A DNA stretch of 64,000 bases from Deltaproteobacteria bacterium (lineage in GTDB: Bacteria > Desulfobacterota > Binatia > UBA1149 > JAJCZL01). The position numbers and the translations under genes are program-made. Numbering within the stretch: the stretch's first letter is position 1; each line of letters begins with the position of its first letter. The stretch is taken from the NCBI GenBank assembly GCA_029262415.1, contig JAJCZL010000001.1, positions 53,368-117,367 on the forward strand, given 5' to 3'. This document shows, one piece after another, positions 1 to 9,530 of this stretch. The notes beneath the pieces were generated by a model. That model saw only the letters and a list, made by a program, of their open reading frames with translations. It was not told the DNA's origin and searched no databases.

Positions 1-712
1 AGTAGAATACCTTTCCCTGTCGATCGAAGCAGATCACGCTCGACGAAAGGGTCCCGTATGAATCGGTGTGTACGCACAGACGGGCTAGTGGACTCGAGTC
101 GGAGGGATCGATGGTGTTGCGGTGATCTCCGAGCACTGCGGCCAGGCAATCGACGATTTCCCGTTCCTCGTCGGCTTTTTGTATGACTTTGCCGGCCTCT
201 TCGAAGCGTGGCACTGCGTTGGCAAGGCGCGCGCATTCGACGTCGTTGACGTGCAGGTTGGTCAACACCGAGAGTCCCGCGGGTAGCTCAGTGGTTCTCA
301 ACCCATCCGCGTTGTCGATCACATAGGCCGCCGCGCGGTCTGCGATTAACAGATTAAAAAGGCCGTAGCCCTCGACTCCTCCAGCAACGACGGCGCCAAG
401 CCCCTCGCGGGCGGTGTAGCGCCCGACAAGGGCGCGCAGGCAGAGTTCGCCGCGGCTGCGTGTACCCGGTGCTGTAGAGGCCTCTTCGCCAGGGATGCGC
501 CGGTTGAGCAGGGCGGCGAGATGGGGAGTGCCGGAGACGGTCGCCCCGAGCCAGGTGCCGCCCGCTTGCAGATCGCGCCCGGCAACGACCCTGCGGTCCT
601 CTGGCAGAGTAGCCGGCGGCTCGCTCGGGCGAGCGTAGAACTCGTCGCGATTTGCGGCGACGACGAGAGGGAAGCGCTCGGAAACTTCTCGGAATATCGC
701 AAGCGTGCACAT
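1..712 (-). CDS. NRDE/TANGO2-family protein (runs off the window edge; absent from the ORF track)
   Basis: Manual translation from ATG 712: MCTLAIF...VVAANRDEFYARPS...AGRDLQAGGTWLG...LLNRR...SRGEL...FNLLIAD...YGTLSSS, all NRDE-family hallmarks. Confidence 0.9.
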   Translation of the reverse strand, partial: MCTLAIFREVSERFPLVVAANRDEFYARPSEPPATLPEDRRVVAGRDLQAGGTWLGATVSGTPHLAALLNRRIPGEEASTAPGTRSRGELCLRALVGRYTAREGLGAVVAGGVEGYGLFNLLIADRAAAYVIDNADGLRTTELPAGLSVLTNLHVNDVECARLANAVPRFEEAGKVIQKADEEREIVDCLAAVLGDHRNTIDPSDSSPLARLCVHTDSYGTLSSSVICFDRQGKVFY

Positions 713-862
713 CCACGGTTTTTTAGCCCGGATCGCGTGATTGAACACATCCGAGCATCGATGGCGCCGTATACACAGCGTTTGCGCAGCACTGCGCGAC
801 ATCAGATTGAGAAATCCCATAGACCCCGGGGGGTTCCGCCGACCGGAGCGCACCAATAGGGA

Positions 863-891
863 GTAGCGTGAAAGTTGTAGCGTGAAAAGTT
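863..891 (+). promoter_or_regulatory. Tandem direct repeat GTAGCGTGAAA(A)GTT in the divergent NRDE/tad intergenic region; possible regulator site
   Basis: GTAGCGTGAAA at 863-873 and 877-887, about 60 bp upstream of the tadG-like ATG. Confidence 0.35.
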
Positions 892-945
892 CGTCGCTAC
901 CGGGCTACGGCCATCCAGGGTAAATTTATCAACGGAGTTGCGGAT

Positions 946-2160
946 ATGGACAGATCAGATAGCGGAGAACGAGGCGTGTTAGTCGTCTACCTCGCATTTG
1001 GGATCCCAGTGATTCTCGGATTTCTCGGCCTTATCTTCGACGTCGGAACCTCGTACGCGCTGCGACGAGAGTTGCAGATCGGAGCAGACGCCGCAGCGAT
1101 CGCTGCGATGCAGGAGATTCGCAAAGGCAATGAGACCGGCTTCCACTCGGCCGCACTCGAAGATGCGTACCTGAACGGATTCGAACCTGTCGGCGCGACA
1201 CAGATCGACGTCAACCGTCCGCCCTCCGTGGGTCCGCGCATGGGTGATACTAACTTCGTTGAAGTTGTCATCCGCACTTCGCAAGAGCCGGTGTTCATGC
1301 AGTTCTTTAACAAATCGGCAACCCAGGTGACGGCCAGAGCTGTCGCCGGAATCCAGCCGAACGGTGCCTGTGTGTACGCGTTGAACCCTTCGTCGGCGCA
1401 AGCGTTCAAGGCCAACGGCACCGCCGACGTCGACTTAGGTACCTGCGGTATCCTCGTGAACAGCAGCCACGGCAGCGCCGCAGTCACGAACGGAGGTGGA
1501 ACAGTCACCGCCGGCAATATCGGCGTTGTGGGCGACTACAGCGGAAGCGGCTTTACGCCGACTCCCGAAACCGGCGTCGCCGCGTTTGAAGACCCCTTGG
1601 GCGACCTGCCGGCCCCTGCGAGCATCGGCTGTGACCACACCGGGGGAGTCGACGTGAAGACCCCGCTGACCCTTTACCCAGGCATCTACTGCGGCGGAAT
1701 CAACGTTTCCGCCGGCGGCGTCGCGTATCTGCAGCCGGGAATGTACGTCATGAAAGGCGGCGGTTTCCAAAGCAACGGCGGCCGCATCCAAGGCGATGGA
1801 ATAACCATCTACTTGACCGCGGCCCCCGGAAAGACCTACGGCCCGGCCGACTTCGGCGGCAACACTTCGAGCGAGATCTCGGCACCCCTTGACGGCGTCT
1901 ACAAGGGTGTGTTGTTCTTCCAAGACAGGACGATCTCCAGCCACTTTACGAACCGGTTCCGCGGAACCTCCGATACTCATTTTAAGGGTGTACTCTACTT
2001 TCCGACCACTGACGTGGTCTACGAAGGCAACGCGGCAAGCAGCGGCCGTAACACTCTTATCGTGGCCGATGAGGTGCAGTTCCTCGGCACCTCGCAGCTG
2101 GCGTCGCTGGGCTCGGAGTATATGCCACGCGCGCTCAGCCAAGCGCGTATGATGGAATAG
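946..2160 (+). CDS. TadG-like Flp pilus assembly protein (Tad N-terminal domain plus Gly-rich C-terminal domain)
   Basis: GERG-VLVVYLA prepilin-like N-terminus, then FDVG...RRELQIGADAAAIAA Tad motif. Confidence 0.85.
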   Translation: MDRSDSGERGVLVVYLAFGIPVILGFLGLIFDVGTSYALRRELQIGADAAAIAAMQEIRKGNETGFHSAALEDAYLNGFEPVGATQIDVNRPPSVGPRMGDTNFVEVVIRTSQEPVFMQFFNKSATQVTARAVAGIQPNGACVYALNPSSAQAFKANGTADVDLGTCGILVNSSHGSAAVTNGGGTVTAGNIGVVGDYSGSGFTPTPETGVAAFEDPLGDLPAPASIGCDHTGGVDVKTPLTLYPGIYCGGINVSAGGVAYLQPGMYVMKGGGFQSNGGRIQGDGITIYLTAAPGKTYGPADFGGNTSSEISAPLDGVYKGVLFFQDRTISSHFTNRFRGTSDTHFKGVLYFPTTDVVYEGNAASSGRNTLIVADEVQFLGTSQLASLGSEYMPRALSQARMME

Positions 2161-2187
2161 CGGATACGGATAGATAGACCCGCAGCC

Positions 2188-2676
2188 ATGGGAACCTACA
2201 GCACCGGCGGTGCGCGACGCCATCTACTGAGACGCAACAACCGCGAGAGCGGGGCGTCGCTGGTCGAACTCGCGATCATTCTTCCGCTGCTGTTGCTCGT
2301 AGTAGTCGGTGCAGCCGACTTCGGCCGCGCCTACTACCACTCACTGGTGCTGACCAATGCGGCGCGTGCGGGCGCAACGTTCGGTGCGTTCAGTGCCGAG
2401 AACGCTAGTAATATTTCGGGGGTCCAGGCAGCCGTTGAAGCCGACCTCGTCAACACTATCGGCACAGCAGACGTCGCGGTCACCGCCGAGCGTTTGTGCA
2501 GCTGCACGAGCGGAACGGCCGTGGCGTGCGACGGCGGCACCTGCCCATCGTCGACGGGTACCAAGCGCACCTACGTTCGGGTGCGAGTCGATAAGGTATT
2601 CACGACGATGCTCGACTATCCCGGGGTGCCTCACATGGTTCCGATGAGCAAAGAAGTGCATATGAGGGCGCGCTGA
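2188..2676 (+). CDS. TadE/TadG-family pseudopilin
   Basis: RESG-ASLVELAIILPLLLL...DFGR...AARAGA. Confidence 0.9.
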   Translation: MGTYSTGGARRHLLRRNNRESGASLVELAIILPLLLLVVVGAADFGRAYYHSLVLTNAARAGATFGAFSAENASNISGVQAAVEADLVNTIGTADVAVTAERLCSCTSGTAVACDGGTCPSSTGTKRTYVRVRVDKVFTTMLDYPGVPHMVPMSKEVHMRAR

Positions 2677-2678
2677 CC

Positions 2679-3092
2679 GTGAAGCCGGCAACAAAGGGTA
2701 ACCGTCGCCAGCGCGGAGCGGCACTCGTCGAATTCGCAGTCTCGATCCCGGTGTTCTTTATCATGACAATAGGCTTGATCGATGTAGGACGGGCGGTCTG
2801 GACGCATACGTCATTGGGCTACGTCTCGCGCGGTGCTGTTCGTTTCGCATCGGTGCGTAGTAACGAGAGCGGCAATCCGGCAAACGTCGCCGCGATCGAG
2901 GACTGGATCGTCGCGCAGAATACCGGACTGGACCCACAACGCATGACGGTGACTGCGCAGTGGGACCCGGCAAACACCCCGGGATCCAATGTGCAGGTGG
3001 ACGTGGCCTATTCTCTTCGTCCGGTCTCTTCAGTGCTCGGGGTCGCCAATCTCGATCTAAGCAGCAGTGCACGCCTGACCATCTCGTTCTGA
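2679..3092 (+). CDS. TadE-family pseudopilin
   Basis: RQRG-AALVEFAVSIP...DVGR...RGAVRFA. Confidence 0.9.
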   Translation: MKPATKGNRRQRGAALVEFAVSIPVFFIMTIGLIDVGRAVWTHTSLGYVSRGAVRFASVRSNESGNPANVAAIEDWIVAQNTGLDPQRMTVTAQWDPANTPGSNVQVDVAYSLRPVSSVLGVANLDLSSSARLTISF

Positions 3093-3141
3093 CGGCCAGT
3101 GCTACTCGACACTGGCGAGCCCCTCCCGTAGTGGGAGAGGG

Positions 3142-4959
3142 TTGTCGGTCATACCCAGCCATCGTCGCGGCGGCGTAGGCCCGCTTAAAACACTCATCCC
3201 TTACCTTTGGCCGCCCGGTCAGCCTGCGTTACGGGTGCGCGTCGTCGTTGCACTTGCCTGCCTGGCTGCCGCGAAGTTCGCCAACGTCTACGTCCCGATC
3301 CTTTACAAGTATGCGATTGACTCACTGGACGGCAGCGGCGGCGTCATCGCCCTGCCGCTCGGGGTGATCTTCGCGTACGGTGCGGCGCGCGTGGCCTCGC
3401 TTACCTTTGCCGAGCTGCGCGACGCGGTTTTCGCCAAGGTCGGCCAACGTGCGATCCGGACGATCGCGCTCTCGGTATTCCGCCACCTCCACGCTCTGTC
3501 GTTGCGTTTCCACCTCGAGCGTCAGACCGGCGGCCTGTCACGCTCCATAGAGCGCGGAACGATGGCGATCAGCACGCTGCTCAGCTTCATGCTCTTCAGC
3601 ATCCTGCCGACCATCCTTGAGATGGTACTGGTATTTGTGATCCTTTGGACGCTGCTCGACCTGTGGTTCGCGTTGGTGACGATCGCGACCGTGATCGCCT
3701 ACATAACCTACACGCTGACCGTAACTGAGTGGCGGCTCGAGTTTCGGCGCAGGATGAACGAGCAGGACAACCGCGCCAACACCCGCGCGATCGACAGCCT
3801 GCTCAACTACGAAACCGTCAAGTACTTTGCCAACGAAGATCACGAAGCGCAGCGCTACGACGAAGCCCTGCGCGCCTATGAAAAAGCGGGCGTCCTCAGC
3901 CAGGCCTCACTGTCGGTTCTCAACATAGGCCAGGCCGTGATCATCTCGTCCGGTATGACGGCGGTTATGTATATGGCCGGAAGCGGCATCGTGGCAGGCA
4001 CCATGACGCTTGGAGATTTCGTTCTGGCCAACACTTACCTGCTTCAGCTCTACCAGCCGCTCGGATTCTTCGGTTTCGTCTACCGCGAGATCAAGCAATC
4101 GCTGATCGACATGGAAAAGCTGTTCGATCTGCTGATTGTCCCTCACGAAGTTGCCGATGCGCCGGATGCCCCCGAGCTCTCGCTTAACGGGGCTGAACTA
4201 AGTTTCGAAGACGTTCACTTCGCCTATGATCCGCGACGCGAAATACTCAAAGGTATAAGCTTTAACGTACCAGCGGGTAGGACCGTGGCCATCGTCGGCC
4301 CGTCGGGCTCCGGCAAGTCGACAATCGCCCGGCTGCTGTTTCGCTTCTATGACGTGGGGTCGGGACGCATCCTGATCGACGGGCAGGACATTCGCAGTGT
4401 GACCCAGCGTTCGCTCCGCGCGGCGATAGGGATTGTCCCGCAAGACACCGTGTTGTTCAACGACACGATTGAGTACAACCTGCTCTACGGCCGACCGTCA
4501 GCGGCTCCGGTCGAGGCCCGGCGTGCGGCCGAACTCGCACATATTGCCGAATCCGTCATGCGAATGCCCGATGGGTACAAGACCGTAGTGGGGGAGCGCG
4601 GACTCAAATTGTCCGGCGGAGAAAAGCAACGCGTGGCGATCGCCCGCACTATCTTGAAAGACCCCAAACTGCTGATCTTAGACGAGGCAACCTCGGCCCT
4701 GGACTCAAAGACCGAGCAGAGCATTCAGGCGAACCTACGCGAACTCTCGGTGGGACGCACCACGGTTACAATCGCCCACCGGCTTTCCACGGTGATTGAC
4801 GCCGATCAAATTGTGGTCATCGACGCCGGCCGCATCGTCGAACGCGGAACGCATACCGAGTTACTTGCCGCCGACGCAGAGTACGCTTTGATGTGGCGAC
4901 GGCAGCAAGAACACGGGAACCAAGATGCGGCAAGCGGCGACGGCAAAACCACCGAATAG
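3142..4959 (+). CDS. ATM1/ABCB7-like ABC exporter (fused permease and ATPase)
   Basis: LSLRFHLERQTGGLSR, DSLLNYETVKYF, Walker A GPSGSGKS, signature LSGGEKQ, Walker B ILDEATS. Confidence 0.93.
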   Translation: MSVIPSHRRGGVGPLKTLIPYLWPPGQPALRVRVVVALACLAAAKFANVYVPILYKYAIDSLDGSGGVIALPLGVIFAYGAARVASLTFAELRDAVFAKVGQRAIRTIALSVFRHLHALSLRFHLERQTGGLSRSIERGTMAISTLLSFMLFSILPTILEMVLVFVILWTLLDLWFALVTIATVIAYITYTLTVTEWRLEFRRRMNEQDNRANTRAIDSLLNYETVKYFANEDHEAQRYDEALRAYEKAGVLSQASLSVLNIGQAVIISSGMTAVMYMAGSGIVAGTMTLGDFVLANTYLLQLYQPLGFFGFVYREIKQSLIDMEKLFDLLIVPHEVADAPDAPELSLNGAELSFEDVHFAYDPRREILKGISFNVPAGRTVAIVGPSGSGKSTIARLLFRFYDVGSGRILIDGQDIRSVTQRSLRAAIGIVPQDTVLFNDTIEYNLLYGRPSAAPVEARRAAELAHIAESVMRMPDGYKTVVGERGLKLSGGEKQRVAIARTILKDPKLLILDEATSALDSKTEQSIQANLRELSVGRTTVTIAHRLSTVIDADQIVVIDAGRIVERGTHTELLAADAEYALMWRRQQEHGNQDAASGDGKTTE

Positions 4960-5117
4960 TCATGCCGTGTGATGAGCCCTGCGGGCCTCAATCGCGCTCG
5001 AATCGTCGACTAGCCGCGACGGTACCAACCGCAGGGCGGCTCGCCGCACCCTGCGTTGTCTTGCTGCGGACGGCGTGTTAGCGTTTGCGTTCGCTGACGT
5101 CCCCCATCCGAGGCTAC

Positions 5118-6116
5118 ATGAACGCAAAAGATCCCGCCTATAGTTCAGTCGACGAGGTGCGCACGCGCCTGGCCGAACAAAAATACATCTGCGACCGTAA
5201 CATCGCGACAGTTGTGTACCTGGCCACGCAGCTGGAAAAACCCTTGCTGGTGGAGGGCCCGGCCGGTGTCGGCAAAACCGAACTCGCAAAGGTTATCGCC
5301 GCGAGCATCGATGCCGAGTTGATTCGACTGCAGTGCTACGAAGGGCTCGACGAAGCCAAGGCGTTGTACGAGTGGGAGTACGCCAAACAGCTGCTGTACA
5401 CGCAGATATTGAAGGAGAAGATCAGCGAGGTCACCGAAGGGACCAAGACGCTTTCGGAAGCAGTCGATCGTTTGACCGCTCAAGACGACGTGTTCTTTTC
5501 AAACCGCTTCGTATTACCGCGACCTTTGTTACAGGCCATCACCAACGAGCACCGCACGGTGCTGTTGATCGACGAGATCGACAAGGCCGATGCGGAGTTC
5601 GAGGCGTTCCTGTTGGAGATTCTCAGCGACTTTCAAGTTACGATCCCCGAGATCGGCACGATTGAGGCCAAACGTATCCCGATCGTGGTACTGACCAGTA
5701 ACAACGCCCGTGAGATGTCCGACGCGCTCAAACGTCGCTGCTTGCACCTATACATCGACTATCCAAGCCTGGAACTCGAACGAGAGATTCTGCGCGTGCG
5801 TATCCCTGGGCTTGCCGAGTCACTGGCGGGCGAGGTTACGGAGATCGTGCAGAAACTGCGTCTACTCGATCTCAAAAAGGCACCGAGCATCTCCGAAACG
5901 CTCGACTGGACCCGTGCTCTAGCGGTTATGAACATCTCCGATCTCGGTGATGACATCGTCAAAGATACGCTCTCGACGATCGCCAAATACGAAGGCGATC
6001 TGCGCAAAGCCGAGAAAGAGCTGGATACCCACGTCAAGAAAAAGCGCGCCGAAGCTGTGGCGGCATCCGGGGCGGCCGCGCAACCGGAGCAATCCGACAA
6101 GGACGTTCTCCACTAG
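5118..6116 (+). CDS. MoxR/CoxD-type AAA+ ATPase
   Basis: LLVEGPAGVGKTELAK, RLQCYEGLD, LLIDEIDKAD, DALKRRC; ATG 5118 preferred as start. Confidence 0.9.
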   Translation: MNAKDPAYSSVDEVRTRLAEQKYICDRNIATVVYLATQLEKPLLVEGPAGVGKTELAKVIAASIDAELIRLQCYEGLDEAKALYEWEYAKQLLYTQILKEKISEVTEGTKTLSEAVDRLTAQDDVFFSNRFVLPRPLLQAITNEHRTVLLIDEIDKADAEFEAFLLEILSDFQVTIPEIGTIEAKRIPIVVLTSNNAREMSDALKRRCLHLYIDYPSLELEREILRVRIPGLAESLAGEVTEIVQKLRLLDLKKAPSISETLDWTRALAVMNISDLGDDIVKDTLSTIAKYEGDLRKAEKELDTHVKKKRAEAVAASGAAAQPEQSDKDVLH

Positions 6117-6139
6117 GAAGCACTAGCTGGGCCGTATCT

Positions 6140-7543
6140 ATGGAATCGCGCATCATCGAGTTTGCCGGGGTCCTTCGACGACACGGCGTGCGCGTGTCAA
6201 CCGCAGAGACGCTCGATGCGTTGCGCGGCACCAACGTAACCGGCCTCGGCGACCGCGAGACCTTCCGCGCCACGCTGCGCGCAGCGATGGTCAAGCGCAC
6301 CAGCGATCTCGAGACCTACGAGAAGCTCTTCACGACTTTCTTCTCAGGACTCGGCGACCTTGTCGACGAACTCGCGAGTGCGTCGGCAGGGGAGATGAGC
6401 GACGCCGAGCTGCAAGACTTCCTCGATAGTCTACGCGACCTCATCGAAAACCAAGACATCGATATCTCTGATCTCGCCCGCGCGCTTGCCTTGCAAGACG
6501 CAGGCGCTCTCGAACAGATGCTGCGCGAACTCATGGACTCACGACCCATGCAAACTCCCCCCGGCGACAACCCCTCCCAGCAGGTCCGCGAGGCCGTCGA
6601 CGCGCTGGGTGCGCAGAGTCTGGCAGGGGAGTTCCAGCGGCTGATTCAAGCCGCCGAAGACGCAGGCATGAGCGAAGAGGCGCTCGAGAAGCTCAAAGAG
6701 TACCTTGCCCAACGCGCCAAAGACCTAGGCGAGATGATCAAGGGAATGCTGCGCTTCAAGCAAGAGCAAAAAGAGACGCCCGAACAGCAGGTCAAGGAGT
6801 TCGACCGTCTTCTCGACAAGAGCTTTTACTATCTGTCGCCGACGGAGATCAAGAAGATGCGTGAGGCAGTCACAGCGCTGGCGCGCAAGCTCAAGAACAT
6901 GATGGCGACGCGGCGCAAGCGTATGAAGCGCGGCCGACTCGACGTTAAGGGAACGCTGCGCTCATCGATGGAGTTCGGTGGTGTTCCGTTCCGTGTCCGT
7001 TACGAAAACAAGCGACGTGAGCGGCCGCAAATCGTCATCCTTTGCGATATATCGGATTCGGTCCGCAACGTCTCGCGTTTCATGCTGCAATTTGTTCACG
7101 GACTTCAAGATCTGTACTCGCGCGTGCGTAGCTACGTGTTCGTCGCCGACATCGCCGAGGTCACCAAACTGTTCTCCGACAACGACATCCAGACGGCGAT
7201 ACAGGGCGCGATCAACGGCGATTTTGTCAACGTCTATGCGCATTCCGATTTCGGACGTGCGTTCAAAAACTTTCACCGCGACCACCTCGAGGTCATAGAC
7301 GGACGTACCACGGTGATCATCCTCGGCGACGCCCGCAACAACTACAACGCCGCGCACGATTGGGCGATCCGCGATATTGCCGAAAGGGCGAAAAAAGTTA
7401 TCTGGCTCAACCCGGAGAACGCCTCAACATGGGGGTTCGGCGATAGTGAAATGGCGCTTTATAGCAAGCATTGCGACCTCGTCGAAGAGTGTAGAAATCT
7501 GCGCCAACTGTATAAGGTCGTTGACCATCTGGTAATGGACTAG
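6140..7543 (+). CDS. CoxE-like VWA-domain protein (partner of the MoxR ATPase)
   Basis: LCDISDSV MIDAS-like motif, SDFGRAF, IILGDARNNY; directly downstream of the AAA ATPase. Confidence 0.88.
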   Translation: MESRIIEFAGVLRRHGVRVSTAETLDALRGTNVTGLGDRETFRATLRAAMVKRTSDLETYEKLFTTFFSGLGDLVDELASASAGEMSDAELQDFLDSLRDLIENQDIDISDLARALALQDAGALEQMLRELMDSRPMQTPPGDNPSQQVREAVDALGAQSLAGEFQRLIQAAEDAGMSEEALEKLKEYLAQRAKDLGEMIKGMLRFKQEQKETPEQQVKEFDRLLDKSFYYLSPTEIKKMREAVTALARKLKNMMATRRKRMKRGRLDVKGTLRSSMEFGGVPFRVRYENKRRERPQIVILCDISDSVRNVSRFMLQFVHGLQDLYSRVRSYVFVADIAEVTKLFSDNDIQTAIQGAINGDFVNVYAHSDFGRAFKNFHRDHLEVIDGRTTVIILGDARNNYNAAHDWAIRDIAERAKKVIWLNPENASTWGFGDSEMALYSKHCDLVEECRNLRQLYKVVDHLVMD

Positions 7544-7643
7544 CCGCCCGACCGGGTGGGTTCGTGCACTATCGCAACGATGTGCACAAACTGTACTTCA
7601 AGCTGTTGACGATTGGGCGGTGCCCGGTCAGAATTCGAATCTG

Positions 7644-8183
7644 ATGGTTGCCAAGGAAGGATATGTGCGGATGCGGGTGGGTGGACTCACGCTCGATCCC
7701 GTCACCAAGACCCCGGTGGTGGTGCTGCGTGACGAGAAGGACAGCCTAAACCTGCCTATCTGGATCGGGTTGCTTGAGGCTACCTCGATGGCGACCGAGT
7801 TGGAGGGCATCAAAATGGCCCGTCCGATGACTCACGACCTGCTGCGCACGATGATTCAAGAGCTCGGCGCGCAGGTCGAACGCATCGAGGTCACCGAGTT
7901 GCGTGACAACACCTTTTTCGCGTCCATCCACCTGCAGGTAAACGGCGTGGTGATGAGGCTGGATTCGCGTCCCAGTGACGCCATAGCGCTGGCACTTCGC
8001 GTGGGTAGCCCTATCTTCGTGGCCGAGGCCGTTCTAGCTGCCTCTTCAACGCTGACCGAACAAAGCGCGACCGACGGCGATGGCGAGCCGGGCCCGGGCA
8101 AGGACATTTCCGATGTCAGTCCCGACGAATGGCAAGACATCCTTGAGAATCTCGATCCCGACGATTTCAAGTACAAGATGTAG
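7644..8183 (+). CDS. Bifunctional nuclease family protein (DUF151)
   Basis: LPIWIGLLEA, RPMTHDLL, DSRPSDAIALALR; start could be 7620 or 7644. Confidence 0.92.
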   Translation: MVAKEGYVRMRVGGLTLDPVTKTPVVVLRDEKDSLNLPIWIGLLEATSMATELEGIKMARPMTHDLLRTMIQELGAQVERIEVTELRDNTFFASIHLQVNGVVMRLDSRPSDAIALALRVGSPIFVAEAVLAASSTLTEQSATDGDGEPGPGKDISDVSPDEWQDILENLDPDDFKYKM

Positions 8184-8301
8184 CCCGACTCCGGCCGCCG
8201 ACAGGCGGCATCTACACCTAGCCCCCGAAAGGGGACCTGCCACGGGGCGCGTGCACCGAGACTTGTGAAATGGCGTCTAAGCACATAGTTTATCCCGCGC
8301 T

Positions 8302-8964
8302 GTGGCAGAGAAAGTTCAACGCGTACACATCGACCGTAAAGACCTCCGCGCACCCGACCCGTTCTTCGAGGCCGTCGGGGGGTTGCGCAAGAGCTTGGCT
8401 GAGAACCGCAATGCGGTCATTGCCGCGGGTGTGGCCGTACTGCTACTCTTCGTCGGCGTGCTCGCGCTGAACGGCTACCGGGCGCGCCGTACCGAACGTG
8501 CAGCTGCGGCGTTCTACCGGGCCACAGAATCGGTCGCGACCAACAGCCTTGAAGCTGCGAAGACGGTGTTCGCCGACCTCAACAAAAACGGGGCGCAACC
8601 TTACCGCGATCTGGCCGTGTTGTACGGTGCTGATATCGCCGTACGCGAGCAACGCTGGGACGACGCACTGAGCCTCTACCAGGGCTTTGTTGACGTAGCC
8701 GACAACGACTACCTGCGACAGATCGGAGTTCGCGGGCACGCCTACGCACTAGAGATGGCCGGCGACCTTGTCAGCGCTTCAAAGCGTTACGCCGAGGCCG
8801 CCGAGATCGACGGTCCCTACACCCTGGACTCGCTGCTCAGCCGCATCCGTACGGCCGATAAACTGGGCGACACCGCGGCAGCTGACGAAGCCGCAGCTGC
8901 TCTGGTTCAACGGTTCCCCGAAGCCGAACAAGCAGAAGAACTCGCCGCACGCACGCAGAACTGA
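8302..8964 (+). CDS. YfgM-like membrane-anchored TPR protein
   Basis: Single TM segment (VIAAGVAVLLLFVGVLAL) followed by TPR-like helices. Confidence 0.75.
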   Translation: MAEKVQRVHIDRKDLRAPDPFFEAVGGLRKSLAENRNAVIAAGVAVLLLFVGVLALNGYRARRTERAAAAFYRATESVATNSLEAAKTVFADLNKNGAQPYRDLAVLYGADIAVREQRWDDALSLYQGFVDVADNDYLRQIGVRGHAYALEMAGDLVSASKRYAEAAEIDGPYTLDSLLSRIRTADKLGDTAAADEAAAALVQRFPEAEQAEELAARTQN

Positions 8965-8986
8965 TCCGGCGCACAGGAGACCCACC

Positions 8987-9382
8987 ATGAATCGAAAAGC
9001 CGTTAATCCATGGCCCTGGTCACTGCAGTTCGGGTTCAATCAGGGAGAGCTCGTGCAAGACCAGCAACGCGTGTTGTTTTGCGCGGGCCAAACCTCAGTC
9101 GACGGCAGCGGGGCTCCCCAGCACGTAGACGACATGGGTGGCCAGGTCGAGCTTGCGCTCGATAACTTGGAGGCGGTGCTCAAAGCAGCCGACATGACTC
9201 TGGCCAACGTAGTCCGGCTCACCATATTCACGACCGATATGGACGCCGCCCTGGAGAATTTCGCCAAGCTTTCGGGCCGTCTCGGCGATGCCGGAGTCAC
9301 TCCCGCGCAAACTCTGATAGGCGTCGCGCGTCTGGCGTTCCCCGGCCTGATGATCGAGCTGGAAGCCACCGCTGTCGCCTGA
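8987..9382 (+). CDS. RidA/YjgF family protein
   Basis: RBS AGGAG, then ATG 8987; LFCAGQTS, QTLIGVARLAFPGLMIELEATA. Confidence 0.9.
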   Translation: MNRKAVNPWPWSLQFGFNQGELVQDQQRVLFCAGQTSVDGSGAPQHVDDMGGQVELALDNLEAVLKAADMTLANVVRLTIFTTDMDAALENFAKLSGRLGDAGVTPAQTLIGVARLAFPGLMIELEATAVA

Positions 9383-9456
9383 TCCCCCGGCCCGGGCGGC
9401 GAGGGCGAAAGCGTTCCCACCTCGATACTTGAAAACCGCCCTTAGGTCTCAGCGTA

Positions 9457-9484
9457 ACGTCCGATAAGATATATTATGTCAACT
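9457..9484 (+). other. dif: XerCD dif site (chromosome dimer resolution, terminus)
   Basis: ACGTCCGATAA-GATATA-TTATGTCAACT matches the 11-6-11 layout of E. coli dif GGTGCGCATAA-TGTATA-TTATGTTAAAT; lies in an AT-rich gap between convergent genes. Confidence 0.82.
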
Positions 9485-9530
9485 TAGGTACCGGATGCCC
9501 GGTCCAGAGGCCGCCCACGCCGCGGCGGGC

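Noticed and set aside
279-294. tRNA-like 5' sequence GCGGGTAGCTCAGTGG
   Set aside because: No D-stem closure, anticodon arm or T-arm follows; it lies antisense within the NRDE coding sequence.
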